Positions 49,927 through 63,174 of a stretch of DNA of 64,000 nt are shown piece after piece. The DNA comes from Eledone cirrhosa (taxonomy: Eukaryota). Each line of letters begins with the position of its first letter. Position 1 is the first letter of the stretch. Where the stretch lies: positions 139,376,001 through 139,440,000 of the forward strand of contig OZ024740.1 in the NCBI GenBank assembly GCA_964016885.1, written 5' to 3'. The notes under the pieces are model-generated. The model ran no database searches and was not told where the DNA came from. It saw nothing but the letters and a program-made list of their open reading frames with translations. Made by a program: the position numbers and the translations under genes.

Positions 49927-52400
49927 GTTGCATTTATCTTGCTTTATGTTCATACGAGTGATCACCAAGTCACAACCAGTGACCTCAAGAGACAACAAGG
50001 TCCGCCATGTTCAAGAAAGAACATACATACACACACATGCACTTTTGGGTGTTTAGACTTGTGATGTACTTATATTGACAGAATCTTCCTTAGTATATGG
50101 GCAGTTCCCATTAGTACTATCTTTTGTATTTCTCCTATACGCGGGTTTCCTGGGATTTGCGATAAGTAATCATTAGACCCTTAGGTATCATTCCTAGAGC
50201 GCCTACAACCACTGGTATTGTTTTAGTTCTCAATTTCCACATTTTTCCAATTTCTATCTCCAGGTCCTTATATTTGCTCAATTTTTCAAATGTTTTTATA
50301 GATACATTCTTGTCTATTGGAACGGACATATCAATTAGCAGGCATAGCCTCTTTTTAAAGTCGTTCAGTATTATATCAGGTCTATTTGCATTTATTTTTC
50401 GGTCTGTTTGGATGCTAAAGTTCCACAAGATTGAGATGTGATCTTTTTCAAGTATGGGAGGTGGTTGATGCTCCCACCAATTCTTTTGATGGGGCAGGTC
50501 AAACTGCTTACACATTATCAAATGTATGTATTGTGCAGCTTTGTCATGCCTGTTTAGGTATTCGGTTGGAGCTATAGGACTGCACACTGAAATTATATGA
50601 TCAATGGTCTCTGGTTGCTTTTTACATACAAGGCATAATGGGTTGCATCCATTTTTTATTATGTTGGCTTGGTAATTTTTTGTTGGCAGACACTGATCTT
50701 ATGCTGATATAATCAGTCCTTCAGTCTCCGATTTCAGTCCAGAGGATGCCAACCGCTGATGGGTTAAAGTTTTGTCAACATCAGGATTGTTAGCTCTTTC
50801 AGGGTATTTTCCAAAAAGAGGCTTTTCTTGCCATTTCTTAGCCAGTTTCTGTAGCAGTTCTTTCTTTGCAGTTACTTTTACCTGCTTTGCTTTTTCTGTG
50901 TTTTCCATTTCAGCAGTAAATGGGACTTCTGAAATTTGTAGTCCATTACTGTATCTTTGTGCATCTTTTGTAATGGAGTATGCTCTTTTGATGCTTTCGT
51001 GTTTCAAAACGAGTTTGATCATCCAATCATGTGATTCCCTTAAATATGTAAATAGTCCAATTGTTGCAGTTTTCAACGCAATATCTAACTGGATTAACCC
51101 ACGTCCTCCTTCTTTCCTAGGGAGATATATTCTATCTGTATCTGCCTTAGGGTGATGCATTCTGTGCATGGTTAAGAATTTTCCAATTTTTGTATCGAGC
51201 CTACGGATCTCTGTGCTTGACCAGTTGATGACATTGTAACTGTAGGTTACTACTGGTATGGCAAGCATGTTTATGGCATCGATCCTAGTCCTTGCATTCA
51301 ATTCCGTTCTTAAGATTGCTCTTACTCTGCGGTAACATTCCTTCCTTATCTTTTCCCTCATTGTCGAGTGCTTGATTCCGTCTCCTTCACAAACACCTAG
51401 ATATTTGTAAGTTTCCTCTAGATCAAGTTCTCTTATCACATTCCCCCGATCAAGATTAATGTCTGAACTCTTCAGCAGCTTTCCTCTGGTGAACGTTGCT
51501 TTGGCGCATTTATCTAGTCCAAACTCCATTGTAATGTCATCACTGAACTGCTCCACAGTGGATAATAGCTCTTGCAATTGTTCATCATTTTTTCAAAAAG
51601 TTTCAGGTCATTCATGTAGAACAAGTGATTAATGGTTTTGTCATAGACTTTATATCCATGTTTTGTTTCATTGAGCATTTTACTTAATGGTATAAGTGCG
51701 ATGCAGAATAAAAGCGGTGATAAAGAGTCACCCTGCAAAATTCCACAATTAATGTTAACTTCTCCAGCTTCCAGTGATTTTTGTTCACTATTCAAAAGGA
51801 GTATCGTTTTCCATGTCTTCATACTGAATGACAGGAACCTCCTGACAACGGGAGATATTTTGAAAATCTCTAAACATTTTTCAATCCAACTGTGTGGCAA
51901 ATTATCGAATGCTTTTTTATAATCTATCCAAGCAATTGATAGCTTTTTGTGTCTATTATGACAATCTTCCAGTATCATTTTGTTAACCAAAAGCTGATCC
52001 CTACAGCCATATGAGCCTCGTTTACACCCTTTCTGCTCAATGGGAAATAGGTCATTTGTTATCAGGTGGTCATATGTATATTCAGCTAGGACTGATGTTA
52101 AAATTTTATACATTGTGGTCAAGCAAGTTATCGGTCTGTAATTTTTGGGATTGTTTGTCTCATCATTCTTCGGAAGCAGGAATGTAATGCCGTTAACTTG
52201 TCATGATGGTATCATTTCTGGCTCCTTAACTATTTCATTGTAAAGTTGGGCTAACAGCTCATGAGACTCTGTGAAGGAATTTATCCAAAAATTTGGTATT
52301 TTGTCTTTTCCTGGGGATTTCCATTTGCTGGTTTTTCTAAGAGCCAAACGCAACTGTTCAACTGTTATATTTTCCCATATTTGTTCCTCAAGGTGAGCTG
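49927..52400 (-). pseudogene. R4/Dong-like LINE, second family, 5'-truncated
   Basis: EQKGC, WIDYKKAFD, QGDSLSP, YKYLG, RHD, NRPDII, DMSVP, KYKDL and VVVGALG, lying between (ATT)n tracts. Confidence 0.9.
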
Positions 52401-52427
52401 TATCTGTCTATCAATGGGGTATGTATA

Positions 52428-52484
<57 letters not shown>

Positions 52485-52499
52485 TATTGCTGTTGTTGT

Positions 52500-53475
52500 T
52501 GTTTGCTGTGAGTCAGTGAAGACGTGTTTTTGTGAGATCCACAAGGAAGTGAATTTCAAGATTTTTTTTCAATTGTATTAGTTGCTATATTTACGCAAAA
52601 CGATCGTAAGACTCCCGTCTTTGCCCTGTGAAGGGGAGACGTTATGATATGTGGGCTTTTTGGCCCAAATATTTGAACTTTGTGTATTAAAAAATTATCG
52701 AGAAAAAGAAAACATAGTTGAGCGACGCCCCCCCCCCCCCCTCCCGACCTACTAAAACTTCTGACAGCGGTTTAAACGCTGAGATGAGGGATACGGCGAA
52801 CATAAAAATATATACCACAAACATCACCACAAACAACATGAACAACGACAACAACAACAGTGAGAACCCTAAGAAAGAATTACAACACCAACCACAGAGT
52901 AAGAGCGACAACCAAAAGAATAGACAACAGAAACAATGACAACAAAACATTGAATTTAACACCACCAACAAGAACATGAACAGCCACAGCACCAAAACCA
53001 ACTGCACCGAAAACAACAACAGCGGCACCAAAGATACAAAAAACTGCAACAACGACAACAGCAACAGCACCAACGAGAACGATGACAACACCAAAAACAA
53101 TATAGTCAAAGAAAAACAGCAAAACATCAACAACAAAAAGAATGACAACAACAGTAAAAAGCCAAACGCTGTACGATTTTGACCTTACAGAGAAAAAGGA
53201 ACGTTTTGCCCAAGCGGAAAAAAATTATAACGAGAGAGAAAAGCTGGGCAGAGGTAATAGCAGCAAAGGAGAGGACAACTCTAAAATATCGATGCATTGC
53301 GGTCAAATCTTGAAAAGTCGAGAATGCATCCAAAGAACAGGTAGAGGCAGCACGGAAATGCATCGATAATGATGACATAGACCATATAACAAGGGCCAGG
53401 CAATTTGGGAGAATTTTGGTGCTTTTCAAAGCTGAGGCCTTTGTTATGAAGCATTCTGTGGTCCCCTGCAAAACG
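52500..53475 (+). pseudogene. Tx1-like LINE 5' UTR and degenerate ORF1 N-terminus
   Basis: An Asn-rich start like 39400-39823, followed by IDHITRARQFGRILVLF resembling IAFIQRSKLFGSISVLM. Confidence 0.7.
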
Positions 53476-53489
53476 GACCAAATCATTTT

Positions 53490-53880
53490 GTACCATTTGG
53501 GCGCGGGAGTGGGTGGGGGCGGCGGGGGTCAGTTATTTATCATGGGCGTGGTAGAATGTCCGTTTTTCATTATGGACGTTGCGGGAAATCCGTTTTTTAT
53601 TTTGGTCTCGGCGAAAGATCCGTTTTTTAATTTGAACACGGCGGGGGTCTGGTTTTTTTTATTTTGGGCGCAGCATGGGGTCCTTTATATATTTTGGGCG
53701 CGGCGGGGGTGGGGCGTCCGTTTTTATTTTGAGCTCAGCGGGGATTACGTTTTTGGGGCCACTTGGGAGTCCGTTTTGTTTTTATTTTGGGAGCGGCAGG
53801 AAGTTCGTTTTTTTTTATTTTGGGTGCGGGTGGGTCCGTTTATTTATTAGGCGTGGCGGGGGTCTATTCTTTATTGGGGG
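53490..53880. repeat. ~30-bp minisatellite (consensus near gtccgttttttattttgggcgcggcggg)
   Basis: About a dozen diverged tandem units. Confidence 0.8.
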
Positions 53881-54432
53881 ACCGTACAAAACACTCTCTG
53901 AATCCCCTTCTATATATACTTTATTAACAAAATCTCTCCCTCTCTACATCTACCGTACAACACTCTCTTTCAATACCCCTCTATATATGAATTTCCAATA
54001 ATATACTGTCTCTCTCTATATATATCTACTGCACGGTACTCGTCCAATCCCCCTTTCTATTTGTACCACGACACTGTCTCTCTCAATGCCTCTCTCTCTA
54101 TTAATTGTTCTCAGGTCTTGAATAGTCACCGTCATCCTTGCTTATTAATTTATCAGTGTCCCCCTTCCACGTTTTTATTTCACCCACCACCCTCCCGGCT
54201 TATTAAAGTTTGCTAATCTATCTCCGGGAAAATTTTATTGTAAGTGATTCATATTGATACAGCAACTGGAGAATCTAATAATTTTATTTTACATTAAAAA
54301 AATATTATATATTTCAAAAAGGACATTACAAGAAATCCTATATTTATGAATGTACACTATACAATTACCGATTCCCCACCCCTGCTTATAAGAATTTCCG
54401 CAAATGTTTTCATCCTATTATTTGAGACCCGA

Positions 54433-54519
<87 letters not shown>

Positions 54520-54522
<3 letters not shown>

Positions 54523-55000
54523 TGGCCGCAGACCCTGTGTGGGACCGTTTTTTATTTTGAATGTGGTGGGGCTCCATTTTATTTTGGGGTGGGTGGGGTG
54601 GGGTGGGGTGGGGTAGGGTGGGGAGTCCGGTTTTTTTTTCTGAGCAGTGGGGCGTGTTTTTTATTTTGGGTGCGGCGAAATTCCGTTTTTTATTTTATGC
54701 GCGGCGGGTGTCCGTTTTTTATTTTGGGTACGGCAAGTATTCATTTTTCATTTTGGGTATGATGGGTGGTCCTTTTTTTAATTCGGGTGCTGCGTAGCAT
54801 CCGTTTTTCATTTTGGGCGGGCTGGGTGTCCGTTTTTATTTTAGTAGTTGCGGGTTGTCTGTTTTTCATTTTGGGCCCGGCGGGGCTTATTCTAGGTGCG
54901 GCCGGATGTCTGTTTTTTATTTTGGGCGCGGCGAGGGTCCGGTTTTTTTATTGGGGACGGCGGGTGTCCATACAAAGCACTCTCAGAATCCCCTTATGTA
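54520..55000. repeat. Second block of the same ~30-bp minisatellite
   Basis: Same unit, and the same following motif tacaaa.cactctc.gaatcccc as at ~53885. Confidence 0.8.
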
Positions 55001-55004
55001 TATC

Positions 55005-56465
55005 TGTTAATCGGCCGGGAATGGGAGGTGGGGTGGCAGTGCTGTTTACGAAAGGTTTGGATCTTAAGTAAGGTCGACCTTCCGTGATTCGGACGGTAAG
55101 TTGGGGGTCCTGGACGTGAACAATAGTGAAAGTGGTGCCTTTAGACTGGTGGCCGTCTACGTCCCTACCTGTGTCGGACGGCCAGAATTCTTTAGGCGCC
55201 TGGAAAACTTTACTGTTAGCGGGGGACTGGAACGGCATCTTAGACGGACGCTGTGATTGTGTGGGTGTAGCTGACACGAACAGGGGGTGCAAAAACCTCA
55301 AGTACCTGATCAGCCAGTTCCAACTGTCTGACAGGTACCGACTAAATTTTCATAATGCGCCAGTGTGGACATGGACCAACCGCAGAGCGTCATCTAGATC
55401 GTATGTGGACAGGATTTTCATTAGGAAAATAGATAGAAATAGTGTAGACTGTCCACGTTTTAAAACAGTCGTCTATTCAGATCAGAAGTTTCTGATATGT
55501 ATGGTCAACCTAGATAATACGCATAGATTAGGACCTTGTTACTAGAAGCTGAACATGTCGTTTCCGGCACGTAAGGCTTAAAGGGACCGGGTCAACAAAT
55601 TAGTTAAGCAAAAGTTGACAGGGGGCTGGTCGTCAACAACAGATGGTGGGTATTAGATTAATTTCGATAAAGGTTTAGCAAAGAATTAGCGATAGAGAAA
55701 AATCGAAAGGAGGGGAGATGGTAGCTAAGTTAGATGAGGCTATTTGTAGAGGCATTGCAACTGACGTGCTAGCGGCGAGAATGGCATTAGACCATTTCTT
55801 CAATGCGAAACACGAAGGTTGGATTGTCAGAGCTTAGGCGCGTGCTCTGAGAAACGAGGGAACCAAAGCTGTTCGATGAGTCCGCGTGGCAGAGGCGCAG
55901 CGTGGTGATAAAACAGCAATTCGGTTTTTGACGTTTCGAGACGGACATGAGCTGAGCGATTCCAAGCGGATGTATGAGGCCTTTCGCCAACACTTTGCTC
56001 GGTTGTTCGGGGGGGGGGGAATGGCGGGTCAGAGACGGTAGCCGTCTTCAGTCCCTATCTTGACAGTTTGGCGAGTCTTTCGACAGCCGACGCTGAGCGC
56101 TGCGAAAGGCCGATAACTTCAGCCGAAAATCAGGATGCCCTTGTCAGCTGCACTATGCACAAGTCACCTAGTTTGGATGGTCTGCCCTACGAGCCTTACG
56201 TAAATATGCCAGACTTGTTCTCCGATCTCCTCGAAGCGCTCTACTGCAACTGGCAACAGAACGGGAGTATTCCCAATTATGTGAGCCGGAGGGTAGTGAC
56301 GCTGATAAGGAAAAAAACCTGAACAAGAGGGACACATTAAATAACTTCAGGCCCATAACTCTGCTCAACCCAGAGTTTAAGATTTGGGCCAAGGTGTCAG
56401 CGAAGAGGTTGGCGCTTGTTGTTGAGGATTTTGTTGGGGAGACGCAAACTTGCGCAATCCCGACC
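55005..56465 (+). pseudogene. Degenerate Tx1-like ORF2 (APE and start of RT)
   Basis: GGGVAVL, LLAGDWNGILD, SRSYVDRI, YSDQK and KSPSLDGLPYE, collinear with 36200-37690. Confidence 0.88.
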
Positions 56466-56786
56466 AGGTAAGATGAAATCCGGCCCAATATGTTAAAAGC
56501 CTTAAATAGAGAAGGTATTCGCGAGCTGACTCGTGTGTGCCGGGTGGAGTGGATCTTTGGTGAAGCACCTAAGCAATGAAAATTGGGAGTGTTTATACCA
56601 ATTTTCAAAAACGCAGACAAGAGAGATTGTTTCAATTACAGAGGAACCTTCTTGTTAAGCCTCCCAGTAAAGCCTATGCTAATTGTCTGGCAAAGATATA
56701 AAGGGAGATTGTCGAGTCCAAGCTAGCCGTTGAACAGTGCGGTCTTCGCCCCGGACGCAGCACTGCCGAACAAATATTTACACTGC
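56466..56786 (+). pseudogene. RTE-clade LINE RT fragment
   Basis: DEIRPNMLKAL...GVFIPIFKNADKRDCFNYRG..LLSLP, and EQCGLRPGRS. Confidence 0.8.
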
Positions 56787-56797
56787 GGCGGGTACCA

Positions 56798-57335
56798 TAA
56801 ACCCATACGTACATATATATATATGTGTGCATGTATGTATATATATATATACTACTGTACGTCTGTACACATATATGTATGCACGTATAAATACTTATAT
56901 TTAGGTATCAGCCGTACTAAGAGTGAGAAATGAAATTTCGTTTCATTCTATTCCATTTATCGTTTTCGGTGCGCCCGGCCGACTAACTCACTCGATATGC
57001 AAATTAAGCTGCTCAGCCGTTAATATGCATAAGGAAAGTATATACTTTCAAACATTCAATCATCTGACAGAAAGGTATACGATGCTGACGATAGTTAATA
57101 AGCTTGAAACTAATACATCGTTCCTGTGTCAGTGTTGAACAAAAGGGCGACGATGGTTGCCGAGCACTGTACGGCGTAATTCGGGCTGTTTATTTACAAA
57201 CAAACCGAACATTATAATAAATGTTCGGTAAACCCATACGTACATATATATATATATGTGTGCATGTATGTATATATATATACATACTACTGTACGTCTG
57301 TACACATATATGTATGCACGTATAAATACTTATAT
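56798..57335 (+). mobile_element. Family K-related HHR element, ~1.25 tandem units (period ~430 bp)
   Basis: Direct repeats at 56798-56900 and 57229-57335. HHR cgatg-CTGACGA-...-GAAAC-ta-ATA-catcg at 57080-57120. Confidence 0.7.
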
Positions 57336-57529
57336 ATATATATTTATATATATGTTTTTAACTGTTGGTCAATTAATCATAAATATTGATTGCTAGTTAA
57401 ATTAACTATTGGGATATAGAATATACGGAAGCGAAAACCAACCCAAACCAAACAGTGGGTGTGTTTTATAACTATTTCTGGCAATATTATGACAATATGC
57501 CCCTCCCCAAATATAATAATAATTATATA

Positions 57530-57565
<36 letters not shown>

Positions 57566-57934
57566 AAATTAAATTAAGGGTTGTCATGTCTAGTTGATAT
57601 ATATATATATACATGCATGCATACACACGCCGCATATATGATAGTGTGTGCGTGTGTGTATGTGTGTGTATGTGCGTGCGTGTGTGCAATGCGAATTTCA
57701 TAAATATAGCAAGGGAGTGGGTGTTATTTATTGAAAGTTTGTGATATAATGGCTCGTGACTATGAGCGCGCAACATCTACCCGGCAACCTAGCTAAGATA
57801 TTGTCAATGAAATGGAGAACAAGTGGTTATTGCCGAGCTTTAGAAATCAACATTTCTCCTCACTAGAAAAAAATAAAAACAGTCTGGTGTCTTTTATTCT
57901 TTTATATGGTTATTTGCGTTATAAGCACAAATAT

Positions 57935-58019
<85 letters not shown>

Positions 58020-58473
58020 ATAAGAGCCCGCTTGTGTATAAAACTATGGATTATATACAAGTTTCTACATAACCTGGAAATTATTTATCCCAAATTGTAG
58101 AAATCTTATAACGAAACGATCGTCTGGAAGGAAAGAAATATTTATTTAATTATGTCTCATATAAAATAATACAACCAGCTATCCACGAAATACTGATTAG
58201 TTAGCACCCCAAACACTAAATTGGGAAAATATTTAGGTATATCCTAATGTTTGTTGAGTGAGATGGAGTTGGTCAGAGTATCGCTTAAGACTTTCTCTGT
58301 TAATGTATTATACATATATATATATATATTAAAGAGTTAAACAAGATTCAATGAGTACATCAAAGAATGAGTTTTACAGTAGATTGGAAGCACTCTACAA
58401 CAAAAAAGATTTACAGAGTTATTAATATTAAAATACAAATATTAATAAAATAGATGTTCTTTTGATCAATTAA

Positions 58474-58526
58474 ATTTTATTATACATATTTCAGATGTAC
58501 AACAGTACGTCCTCATCAGAGAAAAT
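58474..58526 (-). ncRNA. Type I hammerhead ribozyme (family I)
   Basis: Minus strand: attttct-CTGATGA-ggacgtac-tgtt-gtacatct-GAAAT-atgt-ATA-ataaaat. An inverted fragment lies at ~58653-58688. Confidence 0.75.
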
Positions 58527-58683
58527 ATAATGATACATGACATACTCTGAGATGTTAAATGGTTAAGATTTAATCAAGGTAGTGAATAAGTTATGAGAAA
58601 ACTCAACATTTATACCCTAATAATGGGAAATGCGAAAACGTAATAGAATCAAATAATAAAATTTAATTGATCAAAAGAACATC

Positions 58684-58745
<62 letters not shown>

Positions 58746-58801
58746 GTAATTGTATGAGTGTGTGTATTTATAAATACACACTCAAATATATATATATATA
58801 T

Positions 58802-58981
58802 ATAGGAACCAGTAAGACCCCGACGGCTGAGCTCAAGCCGTTTCGACGGCTAATTCTCCGTCGAAACGGCTTGAGCTCAGCCGTCGGGGTCTTACTGGTT
58901 CCTATTACCCACTCTACTACCCTAAGTATTGAGTACTTTGGTGCGTTATGGTCCACCTGGTTCCTTACCACATTTCCTTCG

Positions 58982-58985
<4 letters not shown>
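58802..58985 (+). mobile_element. Fold-back mini-element family A
   Basis: Nearly identical to 4205-4400, with a shorter apex. Confidence 0.85.
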
Positions 58986-59037
<52 letters not shown>

Positions 59038-59135
59038 GGGTGTAACTAGATTAGGAGTTACTGCAGGTTCACCCGGGTGAGCACTCGATGTTTAGGTTCA
59101 TTTCTGTGATGAGGTGTAGAGCTATACAGAGTGTA

Positions 59136-59333
59136 ATATATTGAAAGGATAACAAGGACGATTGATTACTCCTTCATTGCATTTATTGATAGGCGACGCG
59201 CGTTTCGCCACTGATCAGCTCAAGGTTCGATCTGTATCGATTCTACCCGACTCAATAATCGGCAGCTCGACGGACCCTATCAATAAATGCAATGAAGGAG
59301 TAATCAATTGTCCTTGTTATCTTTTCAATATAT
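59136..59333. repeat. Inverted repeat (~58 bp arms) next to a minus-strand HHR 3' half
   Basis: 59136-59193 versus 59276-59333. The minus strand reads CGAAAC-gcgc-GTC at ~59194-59207. Confidence 0.75.
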
Positions 59334-59345
59334 ATATATATACAC

Positions 59346-59760
59346 AATATATTAATAAATGGAAACTATATTTATAAAATCATAATTATTTTATTATATA
59401 TATTTCAAGGGCAACCAACCCAATCTTGGTGCGCTTTCATCAGATAAAATACAAAATTTGTTTCATAAACAGTGACATAACCATGGAAAACAACCTTGAC
59501 GGTTGAAAATTCGCTGGATAATCATGCTATCATACTTATGTCACTATTTATAAAACAAATTTTGTATCTTATCTGATGAAAGCGCATCAAGATTGGCTTG
59601 GTTGCCTTTGAAATATATATAATAAAATAATTATGGTTTTATAAATATAGTTTCCATTTATTAATATATTGAATATTTACTCCAGTAATTTGTTGAGTGC
59701 TCTATATCAGTTATAAACTTTTAAGTTTGTTGGAATCCCAACAAATTAAATATAACTTCT
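59346..59760 (+). mobile_element. Fold-back mini-element family J with a complete HHR in each arm
   Basis: Arms ~59346-59480 and ~59536-59671. ttat-CTGATGA-...-GAAAT-atat-ATA-ataa at 59569-59625 (+) and 59391-59447 (-). Confidence 0.8.
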
Positions 59761-61029
59761 ACAATATATATATATATATAATAAGGAGTTGACGGACCGG
59801 ATGTATCTCAGCGTACTCAATAGGTAATGTAAGATACATTCCCAGAGTATACACATAGTTATCGCTTCAATACAACACACGTAAAACGGGTGCCTACAAT
59901 ATTCCCCGGACTCGAGTTTCGGCCACACTTAATGCAGCAGTAGGGTGCACTGTACCCTCCGTCTGCATATATTATGCAACAATGCATAATCGGCGTATGC
60001 GGCCTCATCAGCGGGTATCGCCTAATCAATAACCAATCGATCTACAGAATCCAAACCCCAGCCCATGCCGGCCATGACTGTTTGTGACAACCGACACAGT
60101 AAAGTGATTAGCAACTGGAATCTGATACCTCGACTAGCCACCGATCTACAAACTTTACGTGGTGTCAGGAGAATAGAAAACAAGTCTTTTCGTTCCCGTC
60201 AAAAGATCTCAACCAACGTGTCTCACACACAAATTAATAAGAGGTGAAAAGATGGTTATTAGAAATAGCAGTCCCATATCGATGTATAATAGAATGGTAG
60301 CATTCAGCTCAGGTCTTCAAGTCCCATGGCTAGAGGAAAGCGATAGTAAAAATGCTAGTGCCAAGAACCTTTAACGGACATTAAATGCCATTATCTATTA
60401 TAGAGCGATATATAGTAGCGAGCTGAAATGTTGCAGCCGCGTGCGTAAAACCTGACTATTTCACAACTTAAAAGAGTAAGAGATAAAATTGATAGCAGGA
60501 AATTAGAGCGCATATCAAAACAGAAACACAAACAAAAGTGAAAAATTGTTTAACTTACTCTCATTAGTCCGCTAGTTGGGAGATAATAATAATAATGAGT
60601 TGACGGACCCAGCATATTTATCAATGCCAGGACCGGTTGTATCTCAGCATACTCAATGGGCAATATATATATGTATGAATGTATGTATAGTATATTTGGC
60701 AATATAGCGTATGTTTAATTAAACACATTTAGAAGACCATTCGCTATTAGTTTTAAAGTAGTGACTATGTCACTCACTTATTTTCGGCGAAAACACGGGA
60801 GAGTGATTGACAGTCTGTTTCTCGCTGGTTGGAGTTTATCAAAACCACACACACCCCTCCTCCACCGAAAATGATAGGAATTGGATTCTTATAGAATTCC
60901 AGTAATAATCAGGAGCTTATGACACAGAGCGATTGCCGGTCCAGCAAAAATTAGGTATTGGGATTGGTGCTCTGAAATAGCGATGTATATATGAATGTAT
61001 GTATAGTATATTTGGCAATATATTGTATG

Positions 61030-61076
61030 TTATCAATATACCGTATGTTTAATTAAACATACGGTATATTGATAAA
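61030..61076. repeat. Perfect ~46-bp palindrome at the end of a direct repeat
   Basis: ttatcaatataccgtatgtttaattaaacatacggtatattgataa; 60668-60727 recurs at ~60986-61060. Confidence 0.8.
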
Positions 61077-61127
61077 TGATACCATTCATGTATCGATAAC
61101 AATTTAATCGTCTGTGGTATTATACTA

Positions 61128-61900
61128 ATCTTCTTCTTCTTCTTCTTCTTCTTCTTCTTCTTCTTCTTCTTCTTCTTCTTCTTCTTCTTCTTCTTCTTCT
61201 TCTTCTTCTTCTTCTTCTTCTTCTTCTTCTTCTTCTTCTTCTTCTCCTCCTCTTCCTTGAGAGTGTCTTGATGAAAGTGTCTTTAAACACTCCTTCCAGA
61301 GGGTCTTGTCAAAAGCAACCGTTTTCAACTGATCCGGCTGGATCCCCAAGCCAAGCTCATCGATGTTATCCAAACATCTTGCTCGGGATCTACTCCTGGG
61401 TCTCCTGCCGGTTGGCTTTGCCCGTAAAACCTATCCAGCAATCCTTTTCGGAGACATTCTAACCCCATGCCTGTATTATGGGAGATGTGATCTCTCAATT
61501 CGGAGAAGTAGCGGCTCTACCTGGACCACTCTTAGATCTCCGAGCTACCTCACTCCAAAGACCTTTCAGAGGAACCTTTTTTTCAGCCGCTTGTATTCGT
61601 GATCGTATTCGTTCGGTCATTACCCAAAATTCATGACCTCTGGCAAGGGATGGCACGAGTATCGAATTGAAGATTGCGAGTTTGGCTTATACACCTGCCT
61701 CCCTACTTCTGATTACTCAATGCTGAGGCTGGTGCACCAGATCCTGCAATTCTTGCACTTAAGTCAGCTTCCTACCTTCCATAACTCGTTAACATGGCCC
61801 CAAGGTACTTGAACTTCTCCACCTCTTTCAGTGGAACTCCATTCACATGTAGAGTTCACTGCACAAACTTTCTTTTTTGCAGGTTTAATTTCACAATTGC
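61128..61900 (-). pseudogene. RTE-clade LINE 3' portion with (GAA)n tail
   Basis: Minus strand: VEKFKYLG and RPRSRSRARCLDNIDELGLGI...WKECL, followed by a long (GAA)n. Confidence 0.75.
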
Positions 61901-62262
61901 CTGCCAAGTGGTTATTGTTCTACATCTAACTCTCCCAGGACGGTATCCAGTTCATGGCAATCATAGCAGGACAACTAACAGGGAGGTGTAAGATGTGACA
62001 AGTAAATTGGATGCGCCTTTCGCATTTATTTAGTGCAAATACACATATAAACTCACATATCTGACCAGATGTCGAAGAAGCGTCGGGCTCCGTGAATTTG
62101 GTTGTACCCTGAGCTAATTGATATCGAAAGAACTGTAATGTGCCATTAACATTGGTACATACGCTGCAACACAAACTTCGATTCAACTTATTCTACACAC
62201 ACACACACACAAATATATATATACATACATATACTTATATAGCTATACATACATATATACAT

Positions 62263-62316
<54 letters not shown>

Positions 62317-62449
62317 TGTATAAATAAATAAATACATATATATATATATATAAAACACACATATATTCAGTTCAAGATTTATAAAAAAAAACATTACACA
62401 CCTAAATTACATTCACATATACCGTATAAAATATAAGTAATGGCAAACA

Positions 62450-62635
62450 TGCTTCGCGGCATAGAGTTACAACCCTTTACGTTCTGAGTTCAAATCCCGC
62501 CGAGGTTAGGTTTACCTTTCATCGCTGTGAGGTCGATAATATGAAACACCAGTAAGAACTGGGGTCGATTTCATCGACTTCCTCTACCCCTTCAAATTGC
62601 TGACCTTGTGCCTAAAGTAGAAACAATTATTAGTT
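62450..62635 (+). mobile_element. tRNA-type SINE (main family variant)
   Basis: gagttcaaatcccgccgagg...gtcgataa...accag...ccttgtgcctaaagtagaaacaattatt. Confidence 0.8.
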
Positions 62636-63174
62636 TTCATTCGTCAAGTAGTACAGATGACAATTTCGAACACTTTTCTCCTGTATTTGATGTCTCATCA
62701 ACAGAACACATCGTACATGGCTTGGGAATAACCAACAGCGAGATTTCTCAAATCCCAAGGGATCTTGTAAAGGCTTATTTTAGAATCAAAGATGACAGTT
62801 CATCGCAACTACAGTTCCATGTTTTCAATTCCAATATCTCTCAAATTTTGGAACAGCTGCTTCGTTTTCTTTTTTGTCCAAAGCATTCCTTTCACGATAA
62901 GAATCATTTCCTCACAGGATTTTGACAGTTCCTTTACCAAATCACGTTGGGTCTTATTTTGTGTTTCATACATAGCTCACCTTTCAGTGACACATCCATT
63001 TTTTTTCATCCCCATGCTGTTTTCAGTCAACGCGAAAGACTTAGTGATTAAGGTGTTCGAATTACGATCATAAGGTGGTGTGTTCAATTCTTGAACGGAT
63101 GGACGCGTTGTGTTTTTGAACAAGGCGCTTCATTTCTCATTTATTTTCAGGATAGAACTAGGACAACCATAATG

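Noticed and set aside
53490-55000. 30-bp repeats as a CRISPR array
   Set aside because: They are contiguous diverged tandem units with no spacers or cas genes, in a eukaryotic context.
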